A DNA stretch of 59,797 bases from Reclinomonas americana ATCC 50394 (taxonomy: Eukaryota). The stretch covers positions 67,499 through 127,295 of the forward strand of contig PS015049.1 of NCBI GenBank assembly GCA_048213135.1, written 5' to 3'. Positions 23,178 through 37,944 of this stretch are shown here, in pieces. The notes beneath the pieces are model-generated. The model was not told the DNA's origin, made no database searches, and saw only the letters and a list, made by a program, of their open reading frames with translations. Made by a program: the position numbers and the translations under genes. Position 1 is the stretch's first letter, and every line of letters starts with the position of its first letter.

Positions 23178-26174
23178 TCAGTCTTGCTTTCCAGCAGCTT
23201 CCTTTTCTTGAACATGCACCTGCGCCGTGCGGCGACGGCAACAGCAAGCGCGACAGCAGAGGCGCATAAGTCGCCACACGAACGCCAGCAACTCGGCGAG
23301 CAAGCTCGCTGTGCACAGGCCGAGCAGCGGTGTCTCCCACATGACGCGCAAACCGTACGCCACCATGAAGAACGAAGTCATGGCCGTCGCGAAGAGCATC
23401 GACAGCAAGAACACTGGCCACACCAGCAGCTGCCAGTACCATCGGCGTGACCACGGCCAGCCCTGTGTCGCACCAGTTGAGTTGCAGCGAAAATAACGTA
23501 TAAGTGGCAGGCACACGGCGCACGAACCTCATGCCAGGTGACGAGAATGAGCAGCGGCACATACAACGCAATGAACATAATGGTCACAAAGAGAAGGCCA
23601 TTCCACGTGAAAGTCGCCGAGCTGAACGACAGGATGAGTGCATAGCACCGCGAGAGACGATGACGGGAATGGGAGATGAGGCGAACCGTCCCGACACGAG
23701 CCAGCCCCACCAGAAAATGTGCACCCAGTTGCCGCGGAGGATGCGGGCTGTGCATGCGCAAAATGTGAGGAAGGAACCGCCACACTTGCTGCTGGCGTCA
23801 ACAGAAACTCACCTGACAGCAGCGGCGCAAACCAAAAACTGACACCGGCGACCGTCAGCAGCGTAAAATGGAGTGGCGACAATGCCGGTGCAAAGTTCTG
23901 CACGGTGTGTGAGATGCATGGAGGCAACGAAAAGCCTTTCCTCGCACAGCACGCAACTGTCAACCACAAGAACCGACCTGGAACCAGCTTGCGCAGCAGC
24001 GTGGGCAGCAACACGAGGCCGACGAACGTGCAGAGGTAGGCCACCACAGCCACGGTGCCGATGATGTGCCGGAACTTGAACTGCTGCAGCAACTGAGGCC
24101 ACGATGTGAGGCCACCCCACGCTGCGCATGTGTGCAAAAGAGGAGCGAGTGTGAGCGGTTCCAACACGGGGGAAGCACCAGTAGCGAGACAGCACGCAAC
24201 CGAATTGTTTCGGCTTGTGCGAGCAGTGGATGGTTCGCGTGCTGCACGAGTGAACGGGCTTCTTGTCCACAGTTGCGTCGACACACACTTGCACTGTGTG
24301 TTGGCGATCCATGTCGGCCTCGGTGGCGCACAGCGGCTGTGCACGATTGCCAGTGCACAGGAACGCTCCCGGCTTTGATTCGTCATGCAGTGAGCACGAC
24401 AATGGTGACGTCTCGCTCGAACCGTCCCACACGGCGGTGGCGTGCACCGGCTCGTCGGAAGGCACAAACACCAGCGCACGGACCGTCGACAACTGCAACA
24501 CATCACTCAGCGCCACCGCGCAAATGAGTGACACAGCAGCAGCATTCGTACCTCCTTGTGTGCCGTGTCGTCGTCAAAGACAGACGCGTGGCGCTCATCC
24601 AGCGGATGTGTCACCAAGATCACTGCGTGCAAGCAGTCGATATGTGAATAGAGGTGCTATCGTAGCCAGCTGTATATCACACGCACCTGGCCACTCATCC
24701 ATCTTGGTCTCGACTGCCGACCACGATCCTCGATCGAACGCCACCACGCGGAACATTTGCGACTCTGTGATAGCACGTCAGCACGCGGAGGACGTGAGCA
24801 AAGCAGGTGCTGGGCACGAAACTCTTGAAATCCGGCAACTCCATCTCATGCACCGACTGCACGAACACCACACGCCACAGGTCAGTGTTGTCTTGTAGGC
24901 GCAGGCGACCGACACGAAACTCACCGGTACCACACGCAGCACATTGAACATGCGATGCAGGTGCACGTGTCCGTTGAGGACGAACGACACTGGGTGTGCT
25001 TGCATCAGATCGTCAAGTGTCTCGCCGGCCGAGGTGGTCTCCGCGTCGATCTGCAAGCACACGGTGAGTCCCCATTCTGCACAATCGCCAACGCCAGTTC
25101 TCGCTCACCGCACACCACGGCCAGTGCATCAGCAGCACATTGTGCCGGTACTTGCCGTTCTCCTTGAGCAGAGCCGCCAGCACATCCTGCAACACACGAC
25201 GCACAATCAGGTCGCAGCGGGGAGAGAGAAGAGTGGTGTGCGATAATTCGCTCACCATCGTCCCCGTGTACATGTGACCAATGATGGAGCTGAACGGTGC
25301 AATCACACCGGGCTCGTTGGCCAGATCGACCGCAATGAAACGCACATCGTCGTGCACCGCCACATACACACGCTTGCGATCCAGAATCGGTCCCCACACC
25401 GAGTGCCGCGCCACGAAATCTGCAGGCAGATCTGAGACACAACTCTCGCAGCGTGTCGAGCCACCCCCTTCCTCCTTACCATATTGACTGTCGACACCAC
25501 GTGTCGGAACTCCGTACGCGTCGTGATTGCCGCGAATGTCCAACCTGCTCGATACACAGGTGAACACGCGTCACTTCCCGACAACATGTACATGCAAGAC
25601 AACTCAACACTTTGCTGGGCGAAAAGAGCCCGTTGGTCTCCAACGCTCGCCGGTACGCCATGGCCTCCTCCTCCACCGAATGCCCATGCGTGAACTGCTC
25701 AAAACCCCTCACCATCTCAGCAAACGAAAACTCAGAGGAAAACACGTGTCGACAGTCGACACTGACCACAATCTTGCTGTCGGTCATATCGCCAGTGACA
25801 GTGATCAGTCGCGGATGAAACGTGCGTGCAAGCAGCTCACTCAGATGCGCAAAACGACGCTGCGTGTCGACCTCGAACACATTCAGGTGCAGATCGCTGA
25901 CCTGGTGTCACACATGCACATTAGCAGAAGTCGTGAGGAGAAGGCGGCTGCCCCCAAAAAGCAACTAAACATGGATAAACCACCACAGATCGCTCTTCTC
26001 CTTGGGTGCTGCAGCCTCCAACCAAGGCACCTGCACACCTGCGTAGACACTGTCTGTGCGCCACTGCCACTCGCGACTGTCGACATTGCGCTGAAGCACT
26101 GCTGGATCAATGCTGCCAGTCGCACAAGTGGACACAGCGAGGAGGCAGAGGAGGCAGGCAATGAGCGCGCGCAT
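23178..26174 (-). CDS. TMEM62: TMEM62-like calcineurin-like metallophosphoesterase with signal peptide and C-terminal TM helices
   Basis: WFIHVSDLH, TGDMTDSK, LDIRGNHD, MHWP, LNGHVH, MELPDFK..FRVVAFD, WPVILVTHP; hydrophobic C-terminus. Confidence 0.85.
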
Positions 26175-26227
26175 GTGAATGCAAAGAGCGTCGAGGGACA
26201 CGACTGGGACTCTCTTCGTTTTTTGCA

Positions 26228-26901
26228 ATGTCAGAGAAGCCAGCACCGAGTGATCCCTATCAGGTACGTGCGTGTGTGTGAGAGAGAGAAGAGAGAGTGT
26301 GTGTGTCTAGAGGCTCAACTCGCTCGCAGAATGTTCGCGTGGGGCGACTCAAGCTCAAGGGCGAGTTGCTGAAGGAAGTCAATGGCGATGGGAGCAAGTT
26401 GCGCGCTCTTTCCCCTCGGTTTTTATGTGCATCACACAGTGGCTCACTGTGCGCAGAGTGCGACGACGCAAGAAGCGCGACATTCAAGAGATCTCTGCTG
26501 ACGCGCAGATCCTGACTGCGGCCGACTTTGAGGAGCAAGAGGAGGCCGAGAAGCAAGTGCGCACTGGCCGCTTTTCTTTGTGTGTGAGAGTGTGGCTCTC
26601 TCATATGGTGTTTATGTGTGTGTGTTGCGTCTCCACCCGCAGGAGTTCATGGAGATGAAGCGGCAAAAGACCGAGGCGGAGCTCAAGTTTGAAAAGGCGC
26701 GCAGAAAGAAGGAGAAGGCCGAGGCCAAGAAGACGGCCTCCAAGTCGTATCGTGAGCGCATTCAGGAGTTCAACGCGCACATCTCGCAGCTCACAGAACA
26801 TCACGGTGCGTCCGCATGTTTTCGCATGCCGCCGCTGATTCGAGTGACTCAACTTGCCTGTGCGCACACGCACAGATATTCCCAAGGTCGGCCCTGGCTA
26901 A
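26228..26901 (+). CDS. FAM32A: FAM32A-like protein
   Basis: YQNVRVGRLKLKG...KTEAELKFE...ASKSYRERIQEFNAHISQLTEHHDIPKVGPG. Confidence 0.9.
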
Positions 26902-27048
26902 CCGACAGGCCACGCTGCCTTCCCGGCGTCCCGCTCTCAGAGAAAACGCCAACACACTTCAGTCTTTTATACAGCTGTCAATCTTATCGTTCCACCCACC
27001 GCCGCACACTTAATCTCGCCCTCGATGTTCTTCACCTCTATCACCCTC

Positions 27049-29992
27049 TCAGTCAAACTCGTTCAGGACGTCCCGCACGGCCTCGGACGAGGGTCGCGCC
27101 ACGCCGGCTGGCGGGATGTACCGACAGAATGCTGGCGGGAGGAACTTGTAGTTGCGCGGATCCGTGTCCTCGTGCGGCACCGGCGTAAACTTGGTTGGTG
27201 GATCCGAGTAGCGCGCGGCAAAGTACGGTCGTCCACCCGGCATTGTGGCGGCCATCCCACTTGATGGCTCCAGATGCATCATGTTGGGTGCGTACTGCTG
27301 CATCGAGTTCATCTGGCACGGGCACGGGCACTGGTGCAAGTGGAACTGAGCGTGATCACGCGGCGCCGTGCACGTCAGCGGTGTTCCCATCCAGGTGTTG
27401 CAGAGGGCATGTTGATGCGGATGGTATGCCGACGATGGCGGCTGCATCTGTGGTGTCGGCGCTCCATAGTACTGCGCAGGTGGTGGTGCCATTGACGGGT
27501 GTCCCTGGGCGAGCGGCATACGCGGGGNNNNNNNNNNNNNNNNNNNNTGCTGTCCTGCGACATGGGTGGTGGCTGATAAAGTGGTTGCGCTTGTGCGTGC
27601 GATGCTGGTGGCTGCTGTTGCTGTTGCGACGGTGCTGCGGCTGCAGGTGGTCGACCGCCGCCACCAACGCTGCCTCTTCGTGGATTCGGAGCGGTGGCTG
27701 TTGCTGCTGCTGCTGCGGCTGGCTGTGAGCGCCCGTCGGGGGACGGGCTGTGCTGGCGCGAGCGAGACGGTGTCGTGTTTGAGGACGACGGGCGCCGTTG
27801 TCGTGGCTGCGAGGCGGAACGACCGCGTGCGCCACCATCGTCTTGACCCGCGCGGCGACCGCCAGCTGGTGGTGGTCTGCCACGTCCTGCCGCGCCGTGG
27901 TCGTCGCCGGCGGCCGCCGCTGCGGCACCACCCGATCCAGCCCCTGCACCTGCCGCACCGTGATCTGCTGCACCCGGCGCTGCACCGCTACCGGGTTTGG
28001 GTTGCATGAAAAAGTCGTCAATCGACGTCGGTTGCTTCTCCCACGGCTTCTCTCGCGTGTCGTCGTANNNNNNNNNNNNNNNNNNNNNNNNNNNNNNNNN
28101 NNNNNNNNNNNNNNNNNNNNNNNNNNNNNNNNNNNNNNNNNNNNNNNNNNNNNNNNNNNNNNNNNNNNNNNNNNNNNNNNNNNNNNNNNNNNNNNNNNNN
28201 NNNNNNNNNNNNNNNNNNNNNNNNNNNNNNNNNNNNNNNNNNNNNNNNNNNNNNNNNNNNNNNNNNNNNNNNNNNNNNNNNNNNNNNNNNNNNNNNNNNN
28301 NNNNNNNNNNNNNNNNNNNNNNNNNNNNNNNNNNNNNNNNNNNNNNNNNNNNNNNNNNNNNNNNNNNNNNNNNNNNNNNNNNNNNNNNNNNNNNNNNNNN
28401 NNNNNNNNNNNNNNNNNNNNNNNNNNNNNNNNNNNNNNNNNNNNNNNNNNNNNNNNNNNNNNNNNNNNNNNNNNNNNNNNNNNNNNNNNNNNNNNNNNNN
28501 NNCTGCCGGCCGCGCCCGCGTCGGTGCAACACATTGTCCTTCATCTGCGGCAGGCAAGAATCAGTGCGCCTAGCGGGGAGAGAGAGGGAGTGTGTGCGAG
28601 GCGCATTTTCACCTGGTCTTCTGGTGGCCACGAGTTGAACGACTTGAACTTGTCCTCCTCCGGAATCGGGTACCGATTGCCTTGGCCGTACGGATGGAAC
28701 GGCTGCTTGACGCCACGGCGATTGGCCACCATCGACTGCAAGTAGCCCGGTGCGCCAGCCACATCGGCATCGTCACTGGGGAGATGAAGCGTGAGTGAGT
28801 GAGTACGTGACGGGTGGTGGGGGGCGGAAGCACGAAACTGTCCGTGAGCGGCACGATTGGCGTTCTCAGCATTGGGATCGCGCGAAGCTCCTGCGCCTCC
28901 CGCATGCCCGTGGTGCTGGCGATGTCCCGACGGTCCCTCATCATCCGAGGCCTCACGAGCGTCCCACTCTGCCTGCGAGTACGGATGGTACGAGCCGGGT
29001 GCCGGATGCTGATCACCGTACGATTGCTGCAGCTGCTGCGGATGTTGCTGCTGCTGTGACTGTGGACCCAGTCCCTGCTGACCTCCCAGTCCCTGACCAC
29101 CAACGCCGCTGCCGCCACCGCCAAACGCCTGCTGCGTTCCAAACAACACGCCAGCACCCGACGCTGCTGCCGCCGCCGCAGCACCGCCTCCTCTGGCAAA
29201 CGCCGACGCCACCAGCCCATCGTTCGGCCCGCGTCCCAGTGTCGACTGCCTCGCCGAGCTCTCCAACAGCAGCGAGACATGCGCCGGCACCGATCGCAGA
29301 TCGCCCATGGTAAAGTACGTGTACTGAATGAAGCATGCGTCAGCGACTGTGGGTGCGTGACCAAGCGATGACGCGTGACGAGGAACACACACACCTGATC
29401 GCGATGCTCAGTCGACCAGCGACCAGCCACCGTCAGTCGCTGCCGTCGGCCACTGCCGTTGCTGCCACTGCTGGCGAGCGAGTCCGAGTCGGTCTGTGTT
29501 GACGGGCGCGTGTGATCAATCGTGAGTGAACAATGGCGATCAATGACGACGCTTCTCTCTCGTGCATGGCGTGTGTGCGCAGAGTTGACTGAGAGATGAA
29601 GGCGCAGAGCAAGAGAAAGAGAGAGAGGAAAGCAGCACAGACAAGAGTGCGTTCGATTTCGCTCATCATCATCGTCCGTTACAAACCTTGGTCCGACCAT
29701 AGTAAAGCGGCTTTGGGGGCTCTGGCGCACATCGCTCACTGGCCGCTGCGTGCACCAGTGGTGCACACCGACAGGCGTACATCCCTCCTCCTCCTCCTCC
29801 ACCACCACAGCGACAGCACTGCTGCTGCTGTTGTTGTTGTTGATGAAGTTGGGCGGCCAATTGCAGCTGCTGAGCAACGGCGACCGCGGGCGAGATTTGA
29901 CGCTGCGATTGGTGCGCCCAGTAGTCGGAGGGGGCGCAGCAGTGGATCAGGTGCTGGCCATTAGGGCAGCCACAAGTGCACCCCGACGACAT
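27049..29992 (-). CDS. Large low-complexity Gln/Gly/Pro-rich protein of unknown function (multi-exon, two gaps; start uncertain)
   Basis: Long open minus-strand exons (e.g. 28839-29310, 27548-28067, 27049-27527) separated by GT-AG introns. Confidence 0.55.
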
Positions 29993-30119
29993 TTGCAAGA
30001 GAATTCGGATCATTTTCGGTCGGCTGGCGATCCAATGATGAACTCATCCATCCTCGTCTCGGGAGACAAGCGGGCCACAGTTGCAGTGTGGTGGAGTTGT
30101 GCACAGGTACATCGATTCA

Positions 30120-31744
30120 CTATCTTACATCACCTTCTGCAAGCAACTGCTGTATCCTCTCTCCCACCTCACCCGGAACCCGCCACTCACTGTCGAGTCC
30201 GGCGCGTCGCTGCGTCTGCGCCACCAGCCGCGCCGCCGACTCACCGTCGAACGACACTGACGAGCCTCGCCACAAGCGCGTGAAGAACTCGTTGTCCCAC
30301 GTGTTGTGGCCGTGGTATGTGTATGTATACAGCACTGGTGCGTCAATCACCAGGATGTTGTTGTGTGCCAGCAGCACCTCCACGGCTTCCTTGTCCTCGT
30401 CCCGATTCTGTGCCGGGTACGTGGGCATGCGGGAGCGCAAGCACAGCAGCGAGTTCTCCCAGCCATGGTTGCTGGTCACATGCAGCGAGGGTGTCACGTG
30501 AGGCTGCGCGAGCTGCAAACGGCGCAGCATGACGGCCGGTGCAGGCGTGGCAAGAACGCCCTCCTGCTGCTCCTGATGGTCGTTCACCATCAGCAGCGCG
30601 AACAGTTGCACGTGGATGCGATCGCGGTCGTACACATCGTCGTCGTCCCACACCATCACGTAGTCGCCAGAGGCCTCACGTACGGAGAGGTTGCGCATGT
30701 CGCCCAGTGTCCTCGAGCTTGCTTCTGTCGCTACCACCACGCGGATGCCAGCTTGTCGTTGCAGCTCGCTGTCGCCGACGACAACGTCCAACACACGCTC
30801 GAGGCCAGGTGCGCTCTCGCGCGAGCCCACAATCAGCAGCTCTCGTGCCGGGTACGACTGTTGCATGTACATGTGGATGGCGCGCGCCGCAAAGGCCAAC
30901 CGCTCCGAGCGTGAAGAGATCATCAGGCAGGAGACACGCAATTGCGTGCCATCAGTTGCGACCGATGGCGGGAAGAAGAAGCCCGGGGAGGCGACAACAC
31001 TGTCGTCTGTAGCCACGGGTGCCACCAGCACGTATGGAATGTTGCTGAGTGCTGCACACAAAAAACCGGAGTCAGCGCAGGGAGAGCAAGCGAACGCGCA
31101 AGTGGCGGGACTGCAAACCATGGCCTTCGTCAACAGACTTTTGGCGACAAGGCAATACAACAGACACCGCATCGAGATGAGCAGCAGAGGCGAGTGTGCT
31201 GCTGCATAGAACACGCACTCACCCACTCTCCAAAGCTCTCGCCCAGTGACGGGCACAACTCACTCGCTCGCTCCTGCTCCTCGCGCGAAGCCAGTGTCCA
31301 GACTCCTCCTCTCTTCTTCGGAAGGAAACTGTTGATGTTGTTGCGCCGCATAGTATCAGCAGCAGCCGTGGCATCCACGCACTTGAAGAGGAGCATGTGG
31401 CCAGTCTCTTCATCCAGGGAGCACCACAGACGACCGCACGAGCGGAGAGCAGAAGGATGCGACAGGTCGGGGCATCGACAACTCCGTCGCTGTTTGCGCG
31501 CGCGCGAGTGTGTGACAGGGTGAAAGTGAGGTATAATGAGTGTGTATGCACGTACTTCGTCGCCAGTTGAGGTGAAAGCGGAATACTTGGCTGCATGTGT
31601 ATGTGTTTTTGGTGAGTGACTGTGCGCACTGCAGAGTTCATCCAGTGAGTGCTGCTGCACATGCTCACCATTGAAACTCCACACATGGATGCACTGTGTG
31701 AGAAGCACGAGTGCAACGAGAAGCGTGGTGAGACGCGTCCGCAT
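30120..31744 (-). CDS. GT2-like (GT-A fold) glycosyltransferase, tandem copy 1 of 6; signal peptide and N-terminal Cys domain
   Basis: RVSCLMISSR...QQSYPARELLIV...TLGDMRNLSVREASGDYVMVWDDDDVYDRDRI...WENSLLC...NRDED...YTYTYHGHNTW; 5 exons. Confidence 0.88.
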
Positions 31745-31957
31745 GGACAAGAAAGTTTGAGCGAACATTCGTGAAATGGCAATTTCATCATCATGCGCAC
31801 GGGATGATATTGCATGCATGACATTTTTGTCGACTACGCAGCAACTGCATCTTGCACCGTGTACAAAGGGGGCGGTGTGCCCAAGCCCTCCTTTTCCTCC
31901 ACTTGTGCTCACTGTCACACTGCCTTTCTAGATCTACACGATCTTGCCAACAATACA

Positions 31958-33637
31958 CTATCTTTTTTCGAAATCATCACCGAGCTCGAGTGCAACTCCC
32001 CCGGATCCGGATCCTGCAAGCAGCTGCTGTATCCGCCTTCCCACCTCACCCGGAACCCCCCACTCGCTGTCGAGCCCCGCACGTCGTTGCGTCTGTGCCA
32101 CCAATCGCGCCGCCGATTCACCGTCAAATGTCACCGACGCGCCTTGCCACAGACGAGCAAAGTGCTCGGCGCCCCACGTGTTGCGGCCGTGGTACATGTA
32201 CGTGTACAGCACTGGTGTGTCGATCACCAGCACGGTGCTCTGCTTCAACAACTGCTCCACGGCGGCCATGTCCTCGCTCCGATTCAGCGACGGATAGACC
32301 GGCATGTGCGAGCGCAAGCACAGCAGCGAGTTCTCCCAGGGGCGGTTGAAGGTCACATACAGTGAGGGCGACACGTGAGGCTGAGCGAGCTGTTGACGCC
32401 GTATAAAACAAGCCACTGCTGGTGCGCCCTCCTTCGGGCCTCGGTCACTGTTCACCGCCAGCAGCGAGAACAATTGCACGTGGATGCGGTCTCGGCTGTA
32501 CACATCGTCGTCGTCCCACACCATCACGTAGTCGCCCGAGGCCTCGCGTACGGAGAGGTTGCGCATGTCGCCGAGTGTCTGCGACTCGGCGTCGGCCATA
32601 ACCACGACACGGATGCCGGCTCGTCGCTGCAACTCGTTGTCACCGACCACCACCTCCAACACTCGTCGCAGGCCAGGCGCACTATCGTGCGAGGCCACAA
32701 TCAGCAGCTCTCGTGCCGCGTACGACTGCTGCGTGTACATGTAGATGGCGCGCGCAGCGAAGGCCAGTCGCTCCGGGCGCGACGAGATCATCAGGCAGGA
32801 GACGCGCAGCTGTACGCTGTCGTCTCGGCCGTCGGTTGCATTTGCAATCGTTGTTGTTGACAACAATGGTGGTGACAGGAGGCCCGAAGAAGCGACGCGC
32901 GAACGCGTAAGTACTGGCGTCACTAGCACAAACGGAATGTTGCTGAGCGCTGCACACGAAGTGAGTCAGCGAAGAGACAGATCGCAAAGTGAGGAGTGTA
33001 AACAAACCATCACCATCATCGATCAACTGTGCAAACAACGACATGAGCACACCAGAGGCGCGTGTGCTGCAGAGAACAAGCACTCACCCACTCTCCGAAG
33101 CTCTCGGCCAGCGATGGGCACAACTCGTTAGCTCGCTGCTGCTCCTCGCGCGAAGCCAGTGCCCACACGCCATTCTTCGTCTCAAACAAGTTGCTTCCGC
33201 GCCGCACATCGGCAGTGGTCACGACGCCGTCCACGCACTTGAAGAGGAGCATGCGTCCAGTCTCTTGGTCCAGGAAGCACCACAGCCGACCACACGCGCG
33301 GAGGGCAGAAGGAAGAGTGTAGTCGGGGCACCAGCAAAATCGTCGCTGCGCATGCGCAATGCATGTGAGATGATAAGGGGAAGAGAGAGGGAGAGGGAGA
33401 GGGAGAGAGAGGGAGAGGGAGAGAGAGAGAAGAGAGATAGGAGAGAGAGAGAGGCACGAACTTCCTCTCCTGCTGAAGTGAATGCGGGATACTTGTCTGT
33501 GCGTGAATGCATGTGTGAGAGGCCAAGTGTGTGTGAGCTGTGTGCTCAGACAACACAGCATGTTCACCACTGGAACTCAGCGCACACTGTGCGAGAAGCA
33601 CGACTCCGATGAGAAGTGCGATGAGATGCGTCCGCAT
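31958..33637 (-). CDS. GT2-like glycosyltransferase, tandem copy 2
   Basis: Same motifs and 5-exon structure as copy 1. Confidence 0.88.
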
Positions 33638-34015
33638 ACACACGCGAAAACTGATGAGATGGATGACGTTTCCGAATTGCGCTGCGGACACCTTGCGACG
33701 ATGGCGTGACAAGCTGCGACTGGTGTATGCAACGCCACCACTTGCACACGTGCACAGACGTAAGCCTGCATTGAGGTGCAATGGACATTGAACTGGAAGA
33801 GAGACGCGGTTTTGAACTTCGAGCTGCACGGGAACTTGTAATACTGCGACGAATTCGAACTTGTGGTGAGTCGCCGGCGCCGCACTCCTCCCTTGTGTGG
33901 CACGAAGACGGGAAAGCGAGAATGAGATGCATCCGCGCCCTCATTCACCATCCTCTCCTCGCGCGCCTTCTCTTGCTCGGCTTCCCTGTCCCTCAACACA
34001 CTGCATGCACGTTTA

Positions 34016-35690
34016 CTATCTTTCATCGCTTTTTTCTGCAAGCAGCACCTGCTGTATCCTCTCTCCCATCTCACCCGGAACCCCCCACTCGCTGTCGAGA
34101 CCGGCGCGTCGCTGCGTCTGTGCCACCAGCCGCGCCCCCGACTCGCCGCCAAATGTCACCGACGAGCCGTGCCACAAGCTGGTGAAGTGCTCGTTGCCCC
34201 AGGTGTTGCGACCGTGGTACATGTACGTGTACAGCGCTGGCGCGTCGATCACCAACACGGCACTCTGTGCCCACAGCTGCTCAGCGACTGCCGTGTCCTC
34301 GCTCCGATTCAGCGACGGATAGACCGGCATGTGCGAGCGCAAGCACAGCAGCGAGTTCTCCCAGCCCTGCCGATTATGGGTCACGTGCAGCGAGGGCGAC
34401 CCGTGAGGCTGCGAGAGTTGCAGTCGGCGCAGCATGACGACCACTGCTGGTGCGACGAGGACGCCATCCTGCTGCTGTTGATATTCGTTCACCGCCAACA
34501 ACGCGGAGAGTTGTACGTGGATGCGATCGCGGTCGTACACGTCGTCATCGTCCCACACCAGCACGTAGTCGCCCGAGGCCTCACGCACCGACAGGTTGCG
34601 CATATCGCCAAGTGTCTGCGACTTGGCGTCGGCCATGGTCACCACGCGAATCCCAGCTCGTCGCTGCAGCTCGTCGTCACCGACAACCACCTCCAACACT
34701 CGTCGCAAGCCTGGCGCACTCTCGGGCGAGGCCACAATCAGCAGCTCCCGCTTCGAGTACGACTGTTGCATGTACATGTGGATGGCGCGCGCCGCAAAGG
34801 CCAGTCGCTGCCGGTGCGACGAGATCATCAGGCAGGAGACACGCGGCGGCTGTTTGTTGCCTGCATCCGCCATCGACAGTGGTGGTGTGAGGAAGCCAGC
34901 ATATGCCGACGCCGGGCCGGTGGGTGTTGGGGTCGACAAGACGTATACGTACGGAATGTTGCTGAGCGCTGTACGAGGGTCAGCGCATGGTCTTCGACAG
35001 GGAGCTTGAATTCTAACACAAACCATGACCGTCGTCGATCAGCTGTGTGCGATCGCGAGAGAGGGGCAGCAAACACGACTTGCGCGGTGAGTGCCAGAGA
35101 CGCACGCATTACCAAGAGTACACACGCACCCACTCTCCAAAGCTCTCCGCCAGCAAAGGGCACAACTCGCTCGCTCGCAACTGCTCCTCGCGCGCAGCCA
35201 GTGTCCACACACCTTTCTTCGAAACAAACTGATTGCCACGGCGCCGCCTGTCGGCTGCAGAGACATCGCCGTCGACGCACTTGAAGAGAAGTATGCGTCC
35301 AGTCTCTCGATCCAGGGAGCACCACAGTCGGCCACAAGAACGCAAAGCAGACGGATGAGACTGATCGGGGCACATGCAATATCGTCGCTGTTTGCAATGC
35401 ACGCATTAGGAGGGAGAGTGCATGCGAGAGAGAGAGAGAGAGAGAGACGAGTGTGTATGCACGCACTTCCTCTCCGGCTGAGGTGAATGCAGGATATTTG
35501 GCTGTGTGTGAGAGAGAGAGAGCGAGAGAGAGTGTGCATGTGAGTGAAACAGGTGAGATATGGCAAATTGGTTGTAATTGCGTGCACAGCACCACAACAT
35601 CCACTCACCACTGAAGCTGAGCACGTGCGTGCACTGTGCGAGAAGCACAACTGCGATGAGAAGCGCACTGAGCAGCAGCGTCTGCCTCAT
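34016..35690 (-). CDS. GT2-like glycosyltransferase, tandem copy 3
   Basis: Same motifs and 5-exon structure as copy 1. Confidence 0.88.
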
Positions 35691-36085
35691 TCACGGCTGA
35701 ACGCGTGCTGTTCTTCTTGCGTGACACGACGTGCATACGTGACCGACGAAGTGGCCGCTGCGAAGTGCACGAAGGCGCATGTGGTAGCAAGTGATCTCGA
35801 TACATCCGCTTGCGAACTGGCTGTACGCACATGTGAACAGCAGTTTGCTCCCAACGTCGAAGTCGATCAATAGCAACAAAGCGTGCAGCAGTTGGTGCGC
35901 ATGCGCTCCTCATGCACAGGCTCAGAAAGGCAAACCAACACTATCTTCGCCCTCTCTAACTCTGCGTGTCCCTCTCCCCACTAACGCGGGGTGCTATGTC
36001 TGCTGGTATCATGATATCGATCGATCACCAAAATTGTAGGTTCACAAATGCGTGGACCAGTTACCAGCGCAAGCGCTGTAGCACG

Positions 36086-37726
36086 TCAGGTAACAAGCAC
36101 TCGCTGTATCCTCTCTCCCACCTCACCCGAAACCGCCCACTCGCTGTCGAGCCCCGCACGTCGCTGCGTCTGTGCCACCAGCCGCGCCGCCGATTCACCG
36201 TCAAACGTCACCGACGCGCCTTGCCACAAGCTTGCGAAGTGCTCGTTGCCCCAGGTGTTGCGACCGTGGTGCATGTACGTGTACAGCGCTGGCGCGTCGA
36301 TCACCAACACGGCGCTCTGCGCCCATAGCTGCTCAGCGACTGCCGTGTCCTCGCTCCGATTCAGCGACGGGTAGACCGGCATGTGTGAGCGCAAGCACAT
36401 CAGTGAGTTCTGCCAGCCATGATTGCTGGTCACATGCAGCGAGGATGGCACGTGAGGCTGCGAGAGTTGCAGTCGGCGCAGCATGACGACCACTGCTGGT
36501 GCGGCGAGGACGCCTTCCTGCTGCTGTTGATATTCGTTCACCGCCAACAACGCGGAGAGTTGTACGTGGATGCGATCGCGGTCGTACACATCGTCGTCGT
36601 CCCACACCATCACGTAATCGCCAGTGGCCTCACGTACGGAGAGGTTGCGCATGTCACCGAGTGTCTGCGACTCGGCGTCGGCCATAACCACGACACGGAT
36701 GCCGGCTTGTTGCTGCTGTCCGAAATCACCCACCACCACCTCCAACATGCGCGCCAGGCCTGGTGCACTCTCGTGCGAGGCCACGATCAGCAGCTCTCGT
36801 GCCGGGTGCGACTGCTGCATGTACACGTGGATGGCACGTGCCGCAAAGGCCAGTCTCTCCGGGCGCGACGAGATCATGAGACAGGAGACACGTGGATGCT
36901 GTTTGTTGCCTACGTCCGCCATCGATGGTGGTGGTGGTGGTGGTGGTGGTGTGAGGAAGCCAGAATATGCCGACGCCGGGACGGTAGGTGTCGGGGTCGA
37001 CAAGACGTATGGAATGTTGCTGAGAGCTGCACAGGAGTCATCAGCGCAGGGATAGCAAGAGAGCGGGGGAGTGCGAAACAGCAAACCATGACCGTTTTCG
37101 ATCAACTGTGCGAACAATGGCAACAAGCACGACTTGTGCGGTGAGTACCAGAGACGCGCGCATTACCAGGAGTACACACGCACCCACTCTCCAAAGCTCT
37201 CCGCCAGCAAAGGGCACAACTCGCTCGCTCGCAACTGCTCCTCGCGCGACGCCAGTGCCCACACACCGTTCCTCGAAACAAACTGATTGCCACGGCGCCG
37301 CCTGTCGGCTGCAGAGACATCGCCGTCGACGCACTTGAAGAGAAGCATGCGTCCAGTCTCTCGATCCAGGGAGCACCACAGTCGGCCGCAAGAACGGAAA
37401 GCAGACGGATGAGTTTGGTCGGGGCACATGCAATATCGTCGCTGTTTGCAGCAATGCACGCATTAGGAGAGAGTGTATGTGTGTGTGTGTGTGTGAGAAA
37501 GAGAGAGAGAGAGACGCGCACGCGTGTGTGTGTGTGTGTGTATATACGCACTTCCTCTCCTGCAGAGGTGAATCCGGGGTACTTGGCTGTGTGTGTGTGT
37601 GTGTGAACGTGAGCAAAGGGCTTCTGCGCGCTTATGTGCATCGCGCTCACCACTGAAGCTCAGCACATTGATGCACTGTGTGAGAAGCACGAGTGTAATG
37701 AGAAGCGCGAGGAGCAGCACTCGCAT
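36086..37726 (-). CDS. GT2-like glycosyltransferase, tandem copy 4
   Basis: Same motifs and exon structure; WQN in place of WEN. Confidence 0.88.
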
Positions 37727-37944
37727 GAGTGAAGAAAATATGTCGGCGAACTTTTCATACTTTCCATTTCGTGCAATAATGCAACAAGCTGCTGAGCTTG
37801 TTTATTAGTACGTACGTCATTGGTGATAAGAGAAAGCTTGTTGAACAACGTTATCGGGCGGCACTGCGACAAGAGGTGCAGCCTGTCTCTCTCTCTCTCT
37901 CTCTCTCTGCAAGCCAAGTAACACTGGATGCACACGCACGTTTA